64,000 nucleotides of DNA from Centroscyllium fabricii (Eukaryota). Positions 1 to 14,011 of the stretch are shown piece after piece. A program made the position numbers and the translations under genes. Position 1 is the stretch's first letter. Every line of letters begins with the position of its first letter. The notes under the pieces were generated by a model. That model was not told the DNA's origin. It saw nothing but the letters and a program-made list of their open reading frames with translations, and ran no database searches. The DNA lies in assembly GCA_051313645.2 (NCBI GenBank), contig JBNRSN020000025.1, positions 20,770,001 through 20,834,000 of the forward strand, in the 5' to 3' direction.

Positions 1-624
1 TGCAGTGGCCATTTTGTGGGAGATCGGAGACAGACAGAGGGAGGTGAGGAGAGTTACAGAGGGAGGTGAGGGGAGATCGGAGACAGACACAGGGAGGCTG
101 GGAGAGTTACAGAGAGAGAGAGAGAGGCAGGTGAGGAGAGATACAGAGAGAGAGAGGGAGGTGAGGAGCGATACAGAGGGAGGTGAGGGGAGATCGGAGA
201 CAGACACAGGGAGGTTAGGAGAGTTACAGAGAGAGACAGAGGGAGGTGAGGGGAGATCAGAGACAGACACAGGGAGGCTAGGAGAGATACAGAGAGAGGG
301 AGAGGGAGGTGAGGAGAGATACAGAGAGAGACAAAGGGAGGTGAGGAGACATCATATACTGTTTCTCCTACCCCTTTAAGAGCTGACCGGTGCCAGCATT
401 GCTGGGAAGGCCAGGAGTGGCAGATGGAGTGCTGCGCCCGCGCTCGCCATTTAGCACCTGAATATTGGCCGTTTGCACCCGTGCAACGCTTGATTTAGCG
501 CTGCAATCTGCAAGGCCGGCGCTAAAGCGAATATCGGGGGCTCCAGCGCTAACTTACGCCTGGCGCTATGTTAGCGCTGTGCCGAGGTTAGCGCCCCAAA
601 ACGTGCGCTGACCAATTTTTCGGC
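1..624 (-). mobile_element. Partial GC-rich MITE (family C, PIF/Harbinger-like termini) with GA-rich internal tandem repeat; truncated by the window edge
   Basis: The reverse complement of 570-624 (GGCCGAAAAAATTGGTCAGCGCACGTTTTGGGGCGCTAAC) resembles the start of the element at 62266 (GGGCGTGAAATTGGTGAGCGCACGATTTGGGGCGCTAA). Positions 20-350 are a degenerate GGGAGGTGAGG/AGAGATACAGA repeat at the position where other copies carry internal repeats. Confidence 0.7.
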
Positions 625-699
625 CAATTAATTTACCTGGAAAGTTACTGGGCCATATAGACCATGAACATTCCAGGTTTGATGTCCAGTTTCTGCTGA

Positions 700-960
700 G
701 GTAGCTGATTGCGTCTTGGAGGGCGGGGGGGGAGCGAGATGGGGGGTCTTGTTGCGCTTGAATAAGGGAGGAGAAAATCAACCTGGGCTTATCCTCCTGC
801 TGCTCCGTGTCCCCTCCTGGAAGTGTGTATCTGTGGATGTTGGGCAAGGACGGAATCGATTTTGGTTGTGGTGCCCGTCACCCACAGTTGAATAGCCTGC
901 CAGCATTCAGTGCCAAAGCTCACGCTTGCATTGTGGCCACTCTGTTACCGAAGACCACTG
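700..960 (+). mobile_element. Old, diverged SINE-like repeat
   Basis: Resembles 31090-31239 plus 36551-36600 (…GGATCG…TTGG…TGATGGCCC…AATAGC…GCCA…CA). Family not firmly assigned. Confidence 0.4.
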
Positions 961-2499
961 GCACCTCCGCATCATATACCAGCATTAACATGCTCAAAAG
1001 AAGAGGGAGAAAATTGGCAAGTTCCAATCATTTTTTTTGTGATCCCTCTCATCTTTTTTGTAATCACAGAGATGGAGCATAAACAAGTTAGGCACCTGCT
1101 ATCAGTTATGGAAAACATGTTTGGTACATGAGCCCTTGCTTTACATCATTAGAGTATGGGTTGCAAGTTCATATTCTGTTGATCTATACTCAATAAATCA
1201 TACCAAATGCTGAAGGCATTTTGTGCTTTAATTGCCATGAAAATTGCATCAGTGCTGCTGAAAATAAATTATTCATAAACTGTAATCATTGTAGAGCCTT
1301 TCATCGGTAATAATTGGCCAGATAAATGCAATTTTTAAAATATAAAAACCACTGACCGTTAGCTGTTCGGGAATAAAATGGTTGATAAAGGCCTACTTAG
1401 GAAATTGCTTTGGTGTTGCCGTATTGAACTTTGCTAACTGCTGTGTGCTTAGCCTCTCAGCTTCTTTTGTACTCCGTTGGCTGAAGCTTTTACTAGTGAG
1501 ATAAGCAGTTTCTTTCAAGGGGGCACACCTTTGTTTTACCAGCATGCTAATTAATGTGCCCGAAGTTTAGTTATAGTGTTCCATTAGATCAACCTGGCTT
1601 TCATATAGAAGCACTATCCTGGTTTCTGCAGCAACAAAGCATTGTTGGCATGGATTAAGCTATGTGTCGGGTAAAAAAGCATATCGATTAATGTCTGAAG
1701 ACACTGTGGCAGCCATTTTACACCAGAGAGGGCAAAGTGGCCAAGCCCTATTCTGTAAACCAGTGCAGTTATTCAATGCAGAGCATTTGTGATGTAATAA
1801 TGTGCGTTAAAGCTCTTCGATAAAAGATCAAAGTTCCCAGTATTTTTGTTTCATTGAGCTGTCTGCATGCGTCATCATGGAAGATTACTGAAAGCACAAA
1901 ATTATGGTGTTCGCAGAGTACTTATGGACATTTCTTAACCATCTCAGATAATATGTTTTTAAAAAGAGGGAAGAGCAAAAAAAGACTGTTGACTGCAGTA
2001 TGTAGAACATAAGAAGCTGAAAGAATTCAGTAATTTATCAATTTTTCACTGACCCATGTGTGTCCTTTGTAATATACTCCTGTGTGTCATTTCCACACTT
2101 GTTAATTATTTTTAAGTACACAGTCCTAAACACACCTTCATATGAATCAAATCAAAAATCACTTATCGTTTAACCAACCTAATCCTTATGATAAATTCTT
2201 AGTATTCGGTGTTTGATGGAGTTTCCATGCAATCAGTGCCAATTTAAGACATTCTGGAACGAATTATTCTTAAAGCACAAGTTAAAGATGTTTTTATAAT
2301 TGTAGATATCTTGAGCTAAAAGTTGATTTTTTTTCAAAAAATACTCTTTTTTTCTGTTTATGAAATGTTTTTGGGGTTGTTAGTATTCAAGTGAGAACCT
2401 TTTCTGTACAATTTTTTTTTCAAAACACAAGGTTGTGTCAATTGTTAACATTCATATTATAAAATGCTCTGTAAATTTCCCCTGCCTGTTTTCATGTTT

Positions 2500-2830
2500 T
2501 TCTGGTAACGTAGGCGAACAGTCTGGAATTTCTATAATTGAGACTCATTCTCACGACATCCGTGCGAGCATCACGCAAATGAGATTTTTTTTGACCTATC
2601 ATTGTGCTGAGAGACACACCTGTCAACGGCCAAAGGCAAAGCAGATTGGTCTGAAGTAAAGAATGCACCTGCGCAGGGGAGGGGTGGGAGCAGGATGTAA
2701 GTAGAAACTCTCTCGACGTCCCCTGCCTCTTTGCTTCTTTACCTCATCCGAGCAGCATCACTTCGATTACCTCCGAGTTTCTGCATGTGAAGTTGGAGAG
2801 CAGACGGTAGCATTTGTTAAGTTTATTTTT
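2500..2830 (+). promoter_or_regulatory. Candidate promoter/enhancer in the transposon-free block
   Basis: Local CpG enrichment, ATTGG (reverse CCAAT) near 2645, CCTGCGCAGG palindrome and GGGGAGGGGTGGG (Sp/KLF-type) near 2668-2688, and a donor-like GAT|GTAAGT near 2697. Motif evidence only. Confidence 0.3.
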
Positions 2831-4410
2831 GAACAGTTTTTGAAATAGTGGCATCTTGGTTTCTTTTCATTAGCTTATTAGGTTGCAGAGAATTCATCGA
2901 CGAAGTTCTTCCCCGGTCAACAAGTGGAGCCATTAGACAACAAAGAAAATCGTCCGTGCTGCAACGTGAAAGCCATGACTTGCGAAAGTTTTCAGTTTTT
3001 GAAGCATTTGTGGAGTGAAAGGTTAAAGTGCTTGCAGGCACAGACTTGAGGCATTCTGTTTGTTTCACCGTCTTGCTGACCTTGATGTGCAGGTATATTG
3101 GCTAAAATAGGAGGACGGTTGTGAAGCAGAACTAAGAAAACTTACAGAATAAATGACATCTTATTCTTAGTTTGGTAAGAATATTGAGGAGCGTTGAGCT
3201 GGTAACTTTAGGGAAATAATGTAGGTAGTGTCAGTCTCCTGTCAGAGTCTGTTAGATGGGAAAGGCTGGCACATGAATTGAAACGTGCCTCTTCCAACCA
3301 GTTTAACCAGTTGGGGCAGGTATAGACAGCGCGGAGAAACCTGAGGATGGGGAGCTGAAAGCAAAACCTCGTTCATCTCGCCTTTGAAGTCAGCAGCTTC
3401 AGGAATGACCTTCTTTCTGAAGTTGCATACACTTAAAATGATCTCCAAAGGAGGTTCGGACAACTTTTTATCCATTCGTTTTTTTTTTAAGTTGAAAGAT
3501 AGAAAAGATAAGAAAAGCAAGGCTGAAGGTTGGGGCTAGAGTATTCAAAAATTGTTCCAGTGAAGATCTTTTATTAAATTGGAACTTCTGGTTAGTTTCC
3601 AAACATAACTTTAGGCGCACCATAGATATTTTTGGGAAGTAGTATTGAATATTTAGTAACTTGCCAATGGGTTGTAAACACATCTTCAAGTCTGTTCTGT
3701 TTTTGTTCTGTCCTATGGATTCTCTGGATGTGTCTTCATTGAGGCCCTTCACAAAGCTTGGCTTGTTGTTACTTGTTTAGTATGAGATATAGTTCTGAAG
3801 TCTCCACACAAAAGAGTACTGGCTTTCTGTTTGCCTTGGTAAGATTAGACTAGACACAGTATGGAGCTCAAAGGTGCAATTTCTTTGTTCAACTTCACAG
3901 TTGGGGAAAAGCATTTTAGTTTTCCCGATACAGACATTCTCTTGGTTTCTTTATCTAGTTATCCCGAAGAGCTGAACCAAGAGGTGTTTACTCAACGGGG
4001 CAGTGTGTGTTGTAAACATAGGACATATTGTCACAACTTTAATTCAAAATTCTGAATCCTTCGATTTATTAGATAGATGTGAGTAAGAAACATTTACCTC
4101 CACTTTACCCCAGCGAAGATTTTAATAATACTCCAGATAAGTGGAGGTGCTTGTAGAAATGATAATGTCTTGGCCTTTGACAGAAATAGTTTTAAAATTA
4201 TAAGAATGATTTGATATTTCATTTTAATGTGTCTAAACCTATTTTTCTGCAATGTTGATGGCTTAGCAATTTGAACTGTTGCTTCAGCTTATATGCTGCA
4301 ATTTATTTTCATTTGTTTTGGCATCTCCTACATTGACACAAAATTGCACTTTTGTTAAGCCATTTACATTTTTATTTTTCGTGTCTGCTATTTGTAAAAA
4401 TGAGGTTGTC

Positions 4411-4563
4411 GTACAATCTACTGATAATCAAAGTTGTTTTTTTAATGTTAAAAACTGAATTATCCTGTTATTTGAATTAAGCAGCACTAAGTGGGAATTT
4501 GGTGCTGAAAGTTCAATTATCAGATCGTTTGAATTAAGTGACTTTGAATTAAGAGTAGACTGA
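4411..4563. mobile_element. Degenerate Tc1/mariner (Tigger-like) MITE remnant
   Basis: TACAATCTACT…AGTAGACTGA ends with repeated TGAATTA(A/T) motifs. A similar end (GAATTAAGAGTTGACTGTA) lies near 13110. Confidence 0.35.
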
Positions 4564-7500
4564 CACAGTTCAAAAGGAGCAGCCTTTGAATGGTCGTAAA
4601 TCCTGAGCAGGTATGTTGCTGCTGAAGTTCAGTAGTGAAAAGGGTTTTGTTTAGGCACATAATTTTTAAAAAATGAATCCGTTGCAGACACTTAATCATG
4701 ATGCATTTACATGAGTGCTCGATGTGTTGTAAATCAATAAAATAACTTGGTGTATTCTGAAGAATGGGCCATTTTGTTCTAAAGTTAAATGAGTAAGTGC
4801 AGATCTAGTCTCGTGTTACGCTTATTGCGCACTAAATGTATAATTCATGTAAGAAACAGATTATCTGTAGTTTAGGAAGCTACAATTTGGTTGCCATTCC
4901 CTCCTCCCCAAAAGATTAGGGGTTTGCTGCCTGTCTGCACCTGCCCAGGATAAAACAGCATTATTATTATTTATCTAAACTGGAGTTAAACAATGTAAAG
5001 AAAACTAAAGTGGTAAAAAAGCTCGTGACTAAAGTAAGGCATAAAGTAGACGTGTTGGCGATCAGGTAGAAGAAGCCATTTTGTGTGTTTTTTTTTTTAC
5101 ATGTCAGTAATATATAGATATCAGTTTTTTTTAAACAAATTATTGACCAGTAATATAGCGCTTTAGATTTATAAGTTTTGCTTTATTTTTTTGCTTGTCA
5201 GAAAAAATGTTGCTAGGTAAATGAACACCATGTTCTTCCCATTAGATTCTATCACTAGTCATCTCCAGCACTGTGGGGTTTAATAATGGGACCAAATAGC
5301 GCGAGAGTTAAATTACATGTTAAATTTCAGCTGAAGAATGTAAGCACATTCGGTAGAAAAGGTTTGATTCGTGATAGCATTTACTGTTCAATTAAAAATC
5401 ACCCAGTCAGGTCATATACTGCATGATAGTAGATTTTTGTTTCTGCAGAAACATTTTCAGTAATTTTGTTTCGATTTTTGTGGATGCTCAAAGATTTTTG
5501 GACCTCTCTCTCGTGAAGCCTGGTAAATTCATTGTTTGCATAAAGCATGACTTGAATGGCTTCTTTAGTTTGCACATTAGGCATTGGTAGGCATGCAAAT
5601 GATTTTTCTGTAAGTTTTTGTTTTGTTTGTTTGATAATACAGGTACATGTAGAAGCAGCTCAAACTAGCAGTGCAATTTATTCAGCTGGGGCAAAAGAAA
5701 ACAGGCCTTTTTTTGTCCCCCTAGACTCCAGGTAACACACTGGAGATCGAGCATCGGATAAGGTGTAGTGTTTCATCTGCCTTGTCCATTACACAATCGC
5801 TAACCATTGATTAAGGTGCAGTCACAGTTAACTAACAGGTCGGTCTCTTCACATCAAAATTGCATTCCACAGTGAAGCTGGCGATCTTTACTCGTGGTGG
5901 TAGGATCGCTTAAAACCTAGAATTTAGCACTATCTAGACATTCTTGAATTCATTTGAACCTTGTCCAGGCGTTGGCTGAAAGGGGCGGGGAAAGTAAAGG
6001 TAATTCCAGTGGCTAATTGCTGGTATTAAACAGAGGAGGAGTTGGTCTATGCTTCTTGTTTTCTACATGTCTTATTCATTGTTTCCTTTCTTTCCAAGGC
6101 CTGCACATTGGTAATAATGCTGATGATTAACTAAATGAAGGCTGTAGCCAGGCAACCATTAGGTGGGTTTTATATTTCAAGGGTTCAAAATGACCAGAGA
6201 AGCCACATTATTCACGAGTCGGGGAAACTGAGATTTTCTCTTTGCACTCTTTGTATTGCCTTTCACGACGGTAAGATTACAGGTGTTTTTTCCTTCCCAC
6301 GCAAACTTTCTGCTTCTGGCTTTTGTAGTACCTTTTCTGCTTTTTTTCATGTCTGAAGAATTTCCTTTGGTATCGGTACACAAGACTGTTTCTTTTATGT
6401 TAAGCATTTGCATTTGATATACCAAAATTTAGTACATTCAAATTAATCTTTTGTGTAGAGAGCATTTTCTTAGGAGCAGTGAGTCATGTTTCTGAACTCG
6501 TTCAACTTTGAAAAGTTGTTTTTTATAGACAAGTTGGGTTTAAGTTTTTATACATTTTTCTTCTCTACTTGGGAAAATTAAAGGAAATAAGTGAACAGTA
6601 ACAGGGCAGTGGCTTCAGCTAACAAACTCTTGTAACAGTGATCTTCGTGTAATCCATATTTCTGTATCGTCACTGGTAAAGCTGCGAGCGTTGGTTGCTG
6701 AATGGTTGATAAGTATGTTAACATTTTCACACTGTTTAAAAATGGAACGAGGCTTGAGGTTTTTATTAGAGTGCTGCTAACAAAGCTGTTTTTGTTTTTC
6801 AGTCACTTTTTTCAGTCATTTTGGTTTAAAAAATCTTCTTTCTATATAAATTGATGAATCATGCTAGTGATTTTGTGTAGTTCAAGGGTTAACGCAGATG
6901 GGAGGTACCCTTTGCCCTTTTATAGAACTAGGATTACAATCAACCGCCAAGTACAGAAAGTTCCGGCATGAAATATTGCCCACCACAATTATGAGTTAGT
7001 CAAACTAAATAAGCATGGCTTCCAAAACTGAAGCTTTACTGGGGCTGTGCTTAAAACCTAGACAATCCGTTGTAAAATAGTTTGAAACATTGTTTTGCAT
7101 TGTAACTTTATTTTCAGCTAAAGTAATGAGGATCGTGTTAGTTGAAAAATTAACGCCGTAGCTCACACAACAAAATGTATCCTCTGCCCTCGAATTCTTC
7201 TATAACATGAACTTGGGCCATTTCTTGTATAAAATGTACAGTAAATATCTTGGAAGCAGCATTTATTTTTGATTGATGTGGTGGAGGAACGGCACTCTTA
7301 GCCTTCTTCAATAAACATTAGGAACATTGAGTTACAGTTAGTAGTTACACAGTAATGGAGGTGTCATTGAGCGACCTTCCCAAAGTAGAGGGTGCATACG
7401 AGGAGGTTATCAGATTAATTTCTTTATCTGTAAGAAAATTTAATTGTTAATTCGAACAGCATTTTTTGGGAGTACAAAAATGAAATAGTTTTCTTTAATG

Positions 7501-10500
7501 ATGAATAAAAAGTTGGCCTGTTGGGAGGAGAACTTTCTTTTCTACTTTCATTTGTGTTTTTTAATGGCAAATGAGAACTTGCCTCCTAGGAGAAGTTGTG
7601 TTCCCACCCCATCACTTTCATTTTCACTGAAACACTCGGCAGCTACTGTGCTGGTACATTATTTTAATTTGTTGGTCTGAGGCGCATCCTGGCTTTGGGA
7701 ATCAGTTAAAATGTCTCTTGTTCACCTTTTCAAAAGCTCAGACACATGAATGTTCAAAATGACCCAGTAATATAATTACTGTCATTTCCTCTTTTTTTTA
7801 GAACAGAGAATAAGTCGCCCTTGTTTCCAAAATTAATTGAGTTTATTTTTTGTGCAAAGCTGTGCAAGAAATAGGTACAGAAGGTACAAAGAGAATACAG
7901 TAATTTATGTTAATGTAACATTTAATGCGGAGACAACTTTGCTTTGAAGGCTTTGGATTACAGCCATGTCGGCTACTTACTGTACTTGCCCTTTTACTGA
8001 AGAAAACGTTGCCAAAATCTGGCCTTTAACCTTAAGCTTTTGTGATCACAAATGTTAGAGTAGTTGGTAGAGATTGGATAAATGAAGGATCAGGCTGTTT
8101 AAACTTAACCTAATTTATTAGTTCTGAGCACATTGATAGGGTGTAACAACTAACCATTTAATGTGTGTGTGTGTGTATTTTTATCTATTTTATATTAAAT
8201 TTTTAAACGGTTTTGTTGCAATTTTTATCAGTTGCAGAATGTATTGGCAGTTGTGACACGAATCAGGACTTTTTAATGAAAACTTAATTTCCACAATTCG
8301 AATGGAATATGATGTTTTCTTAAAGGAAAAAAATAAATGCAGTCTGTTTTCACAATTCAACACAAACTTAATTTTATAACTTTTTTTTAAACAGTAGTTC
8401 AGGTTACATTTCCCAAAAAAGCCTGCAGGGCACGTGTTCCAACTGTTGAGACAAGTTTTATTTAACAGAAACAATCGGATGAATTCAGTTCCAATTCACT
8501 TTTGTGTAGAATGCCCGACTTTTTACTGGTCGTGACATTTCAAGATGACGTGCCTGTGTTTCTGTATCTTTAGTTTAAGTTTAGCCGAGTGATAATCTGT
8601 TGAAGCCTGTGTGCTTCGCATTCATTGCTGGGCATCACAATTAAACAGAGGTAATTTTAGCCATTCGCCTATCAGTGCATTTTTATTAACATGAACACCG
8701 TCCATTAGAGTAACCGGATAAAAAATTGTTGAGACAAGTACGTGTCTTGGTATCGAATACAGTTACATGCCTTTTTTAATATAAAACTGAAAAGAGTTAC
8801 AGGTTAGTCAGAATCTGTTGAAGAACATATGTACATTCACAATGTAAATGGCATGTATGTAATTGCTTTTTTAATTATTTGGCTTGTATCACTTTTTCAA
8901 AGCTTATTTTTTAAAAGACAGGAGAAGTACTACATGAATTAATAGTTGCAGCTAAACTGAACCTTCACTTGTTTTTTTAGGAAAAATAGTACATTTTTGT
9001 AATCTCCATTGACTATTTTATTTATTTCCAGATCCTGGTTGTCATGGTTATGTTTCCTCTGAATTTGGAAATGTTTGCTCAAGTAATGAAACCTGGTTCA
9101 CAAATGAATGAAATTGGTCTATCAAAAAAAATTGCCTCTCCCAAAGAATTACAACAATTTTACAATTATTACTTTATTGGTAAATTATGACGAGTTGCTT
9201 TTGTCCAGTTAGCACATGCTGAGACAACAAATAGCAACTATTAACCAATAAAAGGGACAAAGAACTGCAAATCTGAAATAAAAACTGAAAATGCTGCAAA
9301 TACACAGCATGTCAGTCAGGATTTTTAAACAGAATAGACCTTTCCCCCGGGACTGAGAAATTAAAGATAACTGGCAATTCATAATGAAGTAGAATTAAAT
9401 GATTGTTTGCATAATATCTTCTACAAAAATCTTTTAACGTTTATTTTATGTTGAATGCATTACTGTTAGAAGTTGTACAAGTTGGAACCAGTAATGCTGC
9501 TGTTTCCTGTCTGGTTATGGTGTTGTAGATTGAAAGGTAGTCATTAGTATTGTAGTGTTCAGGACACTGGAGGCCATTTTGCTTTTTCTTACACAGCTGC
9601 AGTACAAAATGGTGGGATTAGCTCATGAACCTAGCAAGTATGAAAGTAATGTAGACAGCAGATGGAGTCATTTTGTAGTTAATTTGTCTTTACATTTCAA
9701 GTTTAAAAAGCTTGTGACAAGAATGGCTTTGTAGGTTTTCTGTGGGTGGTAATAGATAGTATTTTATTCCAGGTTTCGTGCTCACCTATTTGTGAATTGC
9801 TTTCATTTTGAACTGAAAACTGGTGATGTCACTTCTTTACATAATGCGTAATGTCTGCCTACATGATTCATATACAGCTTCATAGAAAATCAAATCTTGT
9901 GCTTTAAATTAGTTTTAGACCCACAGTTTTCACAATGTGGCCACAAGGCTGCAAGCCATCATAATAGATGATCCTTGCCTGATTAATAAGGCTACTAAAT
10001 AGAGGCCCTGATTTTTACTTAATTTGTGATGATAAGGGAGAAGGGAGGTATTGTAGTAATCTTTGGGGGATTGTATCGACTACCAGAACTGTATATTATC
10101 AATTTAAATTGGTAATGCTAGCTTTAAAAACTCCTTTTATATAACTTAGCTACTGGAAACAGGTTAATAATGAAATTCAGAATGATAACACTTTTAGGTT
10201 TTCAAATAGGCAGACTTGTTATAGATGCTATGAGTAGCATAGTGTGAGTACTTTTTTTCCATTTGTATAAATGTGTTTGAAAATGCATTGAACGGTGTGA
10301 AAACACAATATTTCAAAATAATTTTACCAATCTTGAATTTGTGTGATTTTATCTTGAGAAATTGTTGAACTCCACAGTGCAGGAGGGGCTGTAGGCATTA
10401 CAGTGGACACCTTTTAGTGGGATGTTCCCTAACTTGATTTGTGCCTTGGTGCAGACCATGTATTTGTGGTGAACATATTGGTGGCTGTTGCAAAAAATTC

Positions 10501-11415
10501 TCTTTAAATGGGTATTTCTACCAATCAGGTTCTCATTGATCAGCATGAACTGTATTGTGACAGAATGTGTGACTTATTCCCTAACGACTCATTCGCTAGT
10601 TTAATTTTACTGGGTGCAGAGGATAAGGAGCGCTCCATCTGCTTGCTTAAGGGGAGGTTAAATGACGAGTAAAATTACACCTGGCATTCCTAGAATTGAC
10701 TGGCAATGAAGGCTCTTCAATCAAAAGGTAAACTTTTGTGAAATAGCAGCTGCATGCAAAATTCAAACAATATCCCATATACAATGAATGTAGAAACAAT
10801 TTGCGAAAGGGAGCATAAAAGATACCTATGAGGAACAAGTCTATTTTCACAAAAGCTTGACTTAAATTATATTAAAGCTAATTTACTGGATGTGCTGTGT
10901 AATTGAAACGAGGTAATCGTGTTTTTTTTTATGTGCATATTTGGCAGCCTGGGATAGAGAATATAATTTATCGGTGGACTTTGGTAGAAATGGGAGATAG
11001 TCAGCACAGTGCATTTTTACTTACTGACAAGTTGCTACCGATTAACTCTGACAATGGCTGCTGGGAAAACGACTTTGAAAGACTTCTGGGGAGGTATTGT
11101 CATCTTACTGGGCAGCATTGGATGTAACTGGTATTCTAATACTGCCTGGTAATGATGATGATGGCTTTCTGATTTCATCGAAGAAGAATTCAATGCAAAC
11201 AGAAGAATGAAAATCTCTGGCTTACAGGCTTAAGCAGGATAGGATATTTACAGAGCAACCTGGGAGCTGTTATTTATGATGGGAGCCACGATCATTTATC
11301 CTTCTCATTCTTCTTGTGATAGTTTTTTTTGAGGGGGAGTAGAGCTGTAGTTTCCTTTCATGTCTTTCTGTCCCCTCTGTAATATGCATCCATTTTTAGC
11401 CGTGCTTTCTTGGTA

Positions 11416-11779
11416 CAGGTTGAGCACCGGTAATCTGGCACCCTCGGGACCAGGCCCATTGAAAATTCCGAACCACTGAAGGTTCGGGGGGAGCGCGCGG
11501 GTAGAACACTCCCCGGGGCCCGGAGCGCGCGGGTAGAACACTCCCCGGGGCCTGGAGCGCGCGGGTAGAACACTCCCCGGGAGGGAGCCCGGGGATAGAA
11601 CACTTACAAGACTTAAAAAAAGCAGCAACCCAAATGCCTTTGGCGCACGCCCACTCTTCGCGGGAAATGGTGGCGCCACCGAGCAGCTGCTCCGTAAACT
11701 GAAGACCGCCGGTTTCGATTTGTGCCGGACCACTGAAGGTGCCGGACCATTGGGTGCCGGATTACTGGTACTCAACCTG
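11416..11779 (+). mobile_element. Tc1/mariner-type MITE, family A (about 3 internal 32-bp units)
   Basis: TIRs CAGGTTGAGCACCGGTAATCTGGCACCC / GGGTGCCGGATTACTGGTACTCAACCTG, flanked by TA on both sides (11414-15, 11780-81). Homologous copies at 19473 and 39331. Confidence 0.9.
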
Positions 11780-12479
11780 TACCCCCATTAGCCAGAGTGG
11801 CACTATAAGCAATGGACCCGTTGACGGGAAGCACTTCCAAGCTAATAGGAGGAGAAAATGGTTGGAAATAGTTAGATACACAAGGTAGGGTATGCATTAG
11901 TGAGTTCACCCCCAAACATTGAGTGCATAACTGTGCCTTCTGCACATTCTGGTACTTGTTTCTAGTATGGTAGAACAGTACCAGAAAACTAGTTTTTCTG
12001 GGCCACCCAAACCAGACCGATTGGTAGATGAGTAGATGATGGTTTTATTTTGTCACATTACAATAGAAAGGGGAAATGGCTCACATTTTTTCCAGTTGTA
12101 TATAGTTTGTACATTCTCCAACATGATCATCACCTATCATCCTCCAGCATTTCCAATTTGTAAAGTTCATTTCTGAATGACACATCAATGATTTTTGTGA
12201 TGTTTCTGGTTTAGATTCGGATTACAGGGTATTGGCTCTTGATTTATAGCGGCAAAAAAAAGAAAGTGGAGTAGTTAGGAATGCTCAGCTCAGAAAGTGT
12301 AATCTGTAAGATGCATTTGAACAGAGACAATCGAAGGAGCTAAGAAAGAAAGCTAGTTTATATCGCAGAAAAAACCTAGGTGAAAGGCCAAAGCCACCAA
12401 GGCAGAAATAATTAGGCGATGATGAGATAAACCAAGAGGTAGTGGTTGGGTGAAACTACCTATGGAGAAAGAGCAGAAT

Positions 12480-12746
12480 GGCCCCGATTTTAACTCCAGG
12501 TGGATTCCCCGCTCAGGCCCGAGTTAAAATTACAGCCGGGTCTCAGTGATGTCATCGGGCCGCAACATGCATATGTAAAGAAGGACCCTGTTGGCTCCGG
12601 GCGCCCGTCCTTGCTGCCTGCTCAGGACAGCGGGTTAAAATTGCAGATGTTGCGATCATTGCGGCTTTCAGACTGCTAAGAGCCGGGGTGATTTTAACTG
12701 CCGACCCGACAGGTTTCTGGTGAGTGAGTCGGGTTCAAATTGTCCC
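12480..12746. mobile_element. GC-rich MITE (Harbinger-like termini)
   Basis: GGCCCCGATTTTAAC…GTTCAAATTGTCCC imperfect TIRs with internal GTTAAAAT/ATTTTAAC repeats. A GC-rich island in AT-rich DNA. Confidence 0.5.
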
Positions 12747-13787
12747 ACTGGCAGGAGCTGCAGTTGTGAACTCCTGGGAAAGAATGAATTACACTAAAAA
12801 TGGTGCCATGAGTCATGATTTCAACAGGATGGTTGATGTAAAATCATTACATTAGAACATGAGAAGGCAAAATCACTAGACAGGGATAACACTTTTTGCA
12901 TTCCATACAAAATGTAGTTGCCGTATACGACTTGATTTTGTTGCTCTCACATGCTCCTGATAACACAAAAGTTCTATTTTTGCCCTGAAATTTGAGTTAT
13001 TCAGTCATTTGAATTAAGGAACGCAAATAACACAGAAAAATAGGAATTTGGAGCTTGTTTTCACAAAAAAAATGGAGTTTGCAGATAATTAGAATTAAGA
13101 GTTGACTGTAGATAGATATAATGCCCAAATATTTCACCGACAATGACCTCTCTGTTAGCTACTTTATTGGAGTGCAGGTAAAGTCTTGGGATCTGGTTAT
13201 TGGAATTGACTTGTCTAGGTCAAAAATTTGGTGTTGTAAACTTGAAAAGTTGCAACTGGCTCCAAGAGCTTAAGAACACTGATGACCTATTTTGAGTGCT
13301 GGGGCAACGAATCCACTGATTACTGTGTGCGCACTAATCAACTGGGGTCATAAAGATTATAAGTGTTGCTACGGAGGGCGAACATTATGCAGGTTTGTAA
13401 TGCAGTTTTATTTTTTTTACAAAATATATTTTACCTCTGTATTGTGCTGCATAGGGAATGTAAAAGTTGCAATGCATTGAAACTTTCAAGGTGTTTGGAA
13501 AACAAAACCCCTCTAATCTGCTAAGGAACCATAAGTATTCTTTGACGCATGCTCACTAGTTTACCCTGCTAGTGTATTACTAAAGATTTGGCATCATTAG
13601 ATGGGCTAGTGAAGAGATTAACGCTTCAGCAACCTGTTTGTTGGCACAAATCTACTCAGCCACTTGACAACATTTCATTTTTGAAGTTCGAAACACCTGA
13701 TCTATAATCTATAACCGGTATTTCTGTTCTGGTCAAGAGGCCACCATCTGCAAAAAGTTTAAGTAAGTCAACCATCAGAAAGAGATT

Positions 13788-14011
13788 CGTACGACAGCAA
13801 AATACTGCAGATGCTGGAAATCTGAAATAACAACAGAAAATGCTGGAAAAACTCAGCAGGCCAGGCAACATCCGTGGAGAGAAATATAGAGTCGGCGTTT
13901 CGGGTTCGGACCCTTTGTCAAGTGACAAAGGGTCTGAACCCGAAACGTCAACTTTCTCTCCACGGATGTTGCCTGGCCTGCTGAGTTTTTCCAGCATTTT
14001 CTGTTGTTATT
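13788..14011. mobile_element. Palindromic Penelope-like (PLE) terminal-repeat insertion, family P2
   Basis: About 95-bp inverted arms centred on 13921-22; 13-bp direct repeat TCAGAAAGAGATT at 13775-87 and 14012-24; hammerhead-like TGACAAAGGGT…ACCCGAAACGTC motifs. Confidence 0.8.

Noticed and set aside
2823-3752. Short ORFs as host coding exons
   Set aside because: No recognisable protein similarity, and no consistent splice sites or reading frame on either strand.
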